From the IMG/VR virus record IMGVR_UViG_3300025161_000004, positions 1 to 64,000 of that record: DNA of 64,000 nucleotides. One strand, given 5' to 3'. This document shows, piece by piece, positions 61,692 through 64,000 of the stretch; position 1 is the stretch's first letter; every line of letters begins with the position of its first letter. Under the pieces are notes generated by a model. It saw nothing but the letters and a program-made list of their open reading frames with translations. It searched no databases and was not told the origin of the DNA. The position numbers were made by a program, and so were the translations under genes.

Positions 61692-62321
61692 TTATACATT
61701 ATCAATTATCTTAAAATAGCTACCACCAGCATAGCTAAGTAAATCAAAAAGTTTATTTATTTCTTTTAATCTATAATTATTTTCAAAAACAGACAAACTT
61801 TGTCTTTCAATAAATACGTCTGGATCAATTCTTGGTTGTTCATTAATATTTAGTAATGTTTCATCTTTATAAATCGCATAATTATCAAAATTAGGTGAGT
61901 TATATCCAACACCAGTGAATTTAAAAGTAGTAAAAGCTGTGATTCCAGTATCTGACGGTATTATATCATTGTATGTTATACCACCAATATAATATACTAG
62001 TGTAGTACCAGTTGTTGATGCTGTGACTGATCGAGTTATGTCAAGACCATCTATTGATGGATTATTTGATTGTCTATACTTAACTGAGTACGAATTATTT
62101 AATGTATATTTTTTTAACTCGAATAATCTACTTGTACATAAACCAGTTACTTCATACGTTATATTATCAATAGTAACTCCCGATAAACCAGTATATGTAT
62201 TAAAAAATCCCCAATCTATGTTATTTGAAGTTAGAAGTATATTCATCGTATACGCAGAGTACGCAGGTGTACCTGTAGTGCCAGATGTTACTAATTTGAA
62301 TGTTTTTTTTATTAACTCCAT
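61692..62321 (-). CDS. phage structural protein
   Basis: 209 aa with a DVFIER motif, located in the tail module. Confidence 0.7.
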   Translation of the reverse strand: MELIKKTFKLVTSGTTGTPAYSAYTMNILLTSNNIDWGFFNTYTGLSGVTIDNITYEVTGLCTSRLFELKKYTLNNSYSVKYRQSNNPSIDGLDITRSVTASTTGTTLVYYIGGITYNDIIPSDTGITAFTTFKFTGVGYNSPNFDNYAIYKDETLLNINEQPRIDPDVFIERQSLSVFENNYRLKEINKLFDLLSYAGGSYFKIIDNV

Positions 62322-62327
62322 TATCCA

Positions 62328-64000
62328 TTAAACTCTTAAATCAGTTCTTTTTCTTAAGTATACTTTTATGTCTCTTTCAGGATATTTAATTTCAAACATT
62401 GAATCTGGTGTACTATAAATTGTATTATTAATCAATTTAATTTCTCCAGTAGTTTCATTTGCAAACTCCTGTTCAATAGGATTTAATGAATATCCATTTC
62501 CAACTTTATTATAAATTTTCATTGAAATTATATTTATAACACCATCTATATCATTAATTGAATTTTGTAATGGTGCTAAAAAAATGTCCTCATTCATTTT
62601 TTTATTTTTAATATTGAAATAATTAGTGATGGTACTAATAATATTATTTGCTATTTGACTATCATTTCTTTCTTCAACATAAACATCAATATCGATAGCT
62701 ATATTGAATATTCTACCATCCCTTACCTCAATATAATCATTGACCATTCTATATTCACTTAACCACTCAGTAATATTATTTTTTAAAAGTGTATTGCTAG
62801 TATTTGTTAATTTACCATTAGAGTCTATACCTAATATAACAATTACTACTTTATTATTTTCTTTAAATGCATTTGATCTAAATGGTGAACCATAACGCCC
62901 TGGCATTCTGTTCACCATAGTTAGGTAATCATTTATTGTTACGGCTCTATATTGGCTTGAGTAGTTATATGATATAAGATTTCTTATTTCTTCTATGGAT
63001 AATCCATCATTACCTCCAATAGCTGGAATTGGGTTTGTCACCCTTAAACTTCTTTGTACACTATTATTTAAATCTTGACGAGCACCATTAACGCTCATTC
63101 TGAACTGACCCATTTGTGTAAGAACGTTACTACCTAAATTAGAATCACTCCCACCACCAACACGATATCTAACATATAACGTCCCTCTTTTTAGTTTCTC
63201 GCCTAATGAAGTGTTTTCTAAAAAATTCTGTAAGAATATATCATTACTAATACCAACTTTTGCAAAACCCTCTTTTAAAAGATCGAAATCAGAATTACCA
63301 CTACCAAATGTTAGTACACACAACCCATTTGCAGTATATTCCTTAATAAATTTTCTAGTCACATCAACCCATTTGCCGGCTTTAATTCCTGTACTTCCTG
63401 TAGTTGCATTTGTATTACCAGCATCCACATCCTCTAAAAATATTCTTTGTTGTGCTAAATAATCTACTTCATAATAACGAATATCTCGATTATAGAATAA
63501 TTCATCAGGTGGATTTGAACCAGCATTTTGATTTTGAACCAAAATAACACTATCTATGGATATGACATTATTATCTGGTAATGTTAATTCATAAAATGGC
63601 ACAATTTCTTGATCTGTAATAACCTTACGATAAATCTTAGTACTACCATTAATTACTATTTCTCTTTTAGTTATAAGATACGATGTGATAATACCATTCG
63701 AATCGAGAACAGGTATCTGACTTCTATTTGGATACCCTAAATTACTTACTGGTGAGGCAAAATCAATCACATCTTCTGTCTCAAAAACTTTTCCTCCACC
63801 AACTACTTGTGATTGTGGAAATAATACTGGATAATATGACGCATCTGGTTTATCACCCTTAACTGGTATCTGTACCGTAAAGTCAACTACTGTCACTGAT
63901 GGTCTTTTATTGGGTATATTAAATCCTAAGTTTTTAGCGATATTTAGGATTGATGCTCTTTGCTGTGCGTATTGTAATTGAGTTTCCTGAAACGCTCTAT
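62328..64000 (-). CDS. baseplate wedge subunit (gp6/baseplate J-like), 5'-truncated by the window edge
   Basis: The frame stays open to the window end (RAFQETQLQYAQQRASILNIAKNLG). Motifs LTFG.G, YRVGGG..SN, AIGG.D and RAVT.NDY. Confidence 0.85.
   Translation of the reverse strand, partial: RAFQETQLQYAQQRASILNIAKNLGFNIPNKRPSVTVVDFTVQIPVKGDKPDASYYPVLFPQSQVVGGGKVFETEDVIDFASPVSNLGYPNRSQIPVLDSNGIITSYLITKREIVINGSTKIYRKVITDQEIVPFYELTLPDNNVISIDSVILVQNQNAGSNPPDELFYNRDIRYYEVDYLAQQRIFLEDVDAGNTNATTGSTGIKAGKWVDVTRKFIKEYTANGLCVLTFGSGNSDFDLLKEGFAKVGISNDIFLQNFLENTSLGEKLKRGTLYVRYRVGGGSDSNLGSNVLTQMGQFRMSVNGARQDLNNSVQRSLRVTNPIPAIGGNDGLSIEEIRNLISYNYSSQYRAVTINDYLTMVNRMPGRYGSPFRSNAFKENNKVVIVILGIDSNGKLTNTSNTLLKNNITEWLSEYRMVNDYIEVRDGRIFNIAIDIDVYVEERNDSQIANNIISTITNYFNIKNKKMNEDIFLAPLQNSINDIDGVINIISMKIYNKVGNGYSLNPIEQEFANETTGEIKLINNTIYSTPDSMFEIKYPERDIKVYLRKRTDLRV

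Noticed and set aside
1-64000. Stop-codon reassignment as seen in some large phages, and tRNA/rRNA genes
   Set aside because: Long conserved genes are intact in the standard code and TAA, TAG and TGA all end genes. I recognised no cloverleaf or rRNA sequence by eye.

Overview
AT-rich, gene-dense 64-kb segment of a large (jumbo-type, T4-like myovirus) phage genome, probably infecting Bacteroidetes (TAnnTTTG-type host promoter, short leaders). Standard genetic code, most genes on the minus strand. From left to right: a repeat-rich non-coding strand-convergence region (about 1.96-3.72 kb); an accessory region of small genes (vWA, SPFH-like, C39 peptidase, rIIA-like ATPase, ClpP, HAD, patatin, lytic enzymes); head/lysis genes; a DNA metabolism block (Mre11-Rad50 fusion, Hsp20, ECF sigma, primase, metallophosphoesterase, RuvC); and a tail/baseplate block that runs off the right end. 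Main observations: (1) an 851-bp element with complete IS200/IS605 left and right ends whose only gene is a GIY-YIG/NUMOD homing endonuclease in the position of tnpB; (2) a full IS605 (tnpA + tnpB) with the same end code, carrying two ADP-ribosyltransferase-like cargo ORFs behind a phage late-type promoter; (3) an integron attC-like cassette array splitting a HAD phosphatase gene; (4) two phage promoter motifs, TAAC-N17-CGTATAAT and GTATTTAT; (5) a glycosyltransferase next to mucin-like Thr/Pro-rich tail proteins. All calls come from reading motifs by eye, and no database searches were run.
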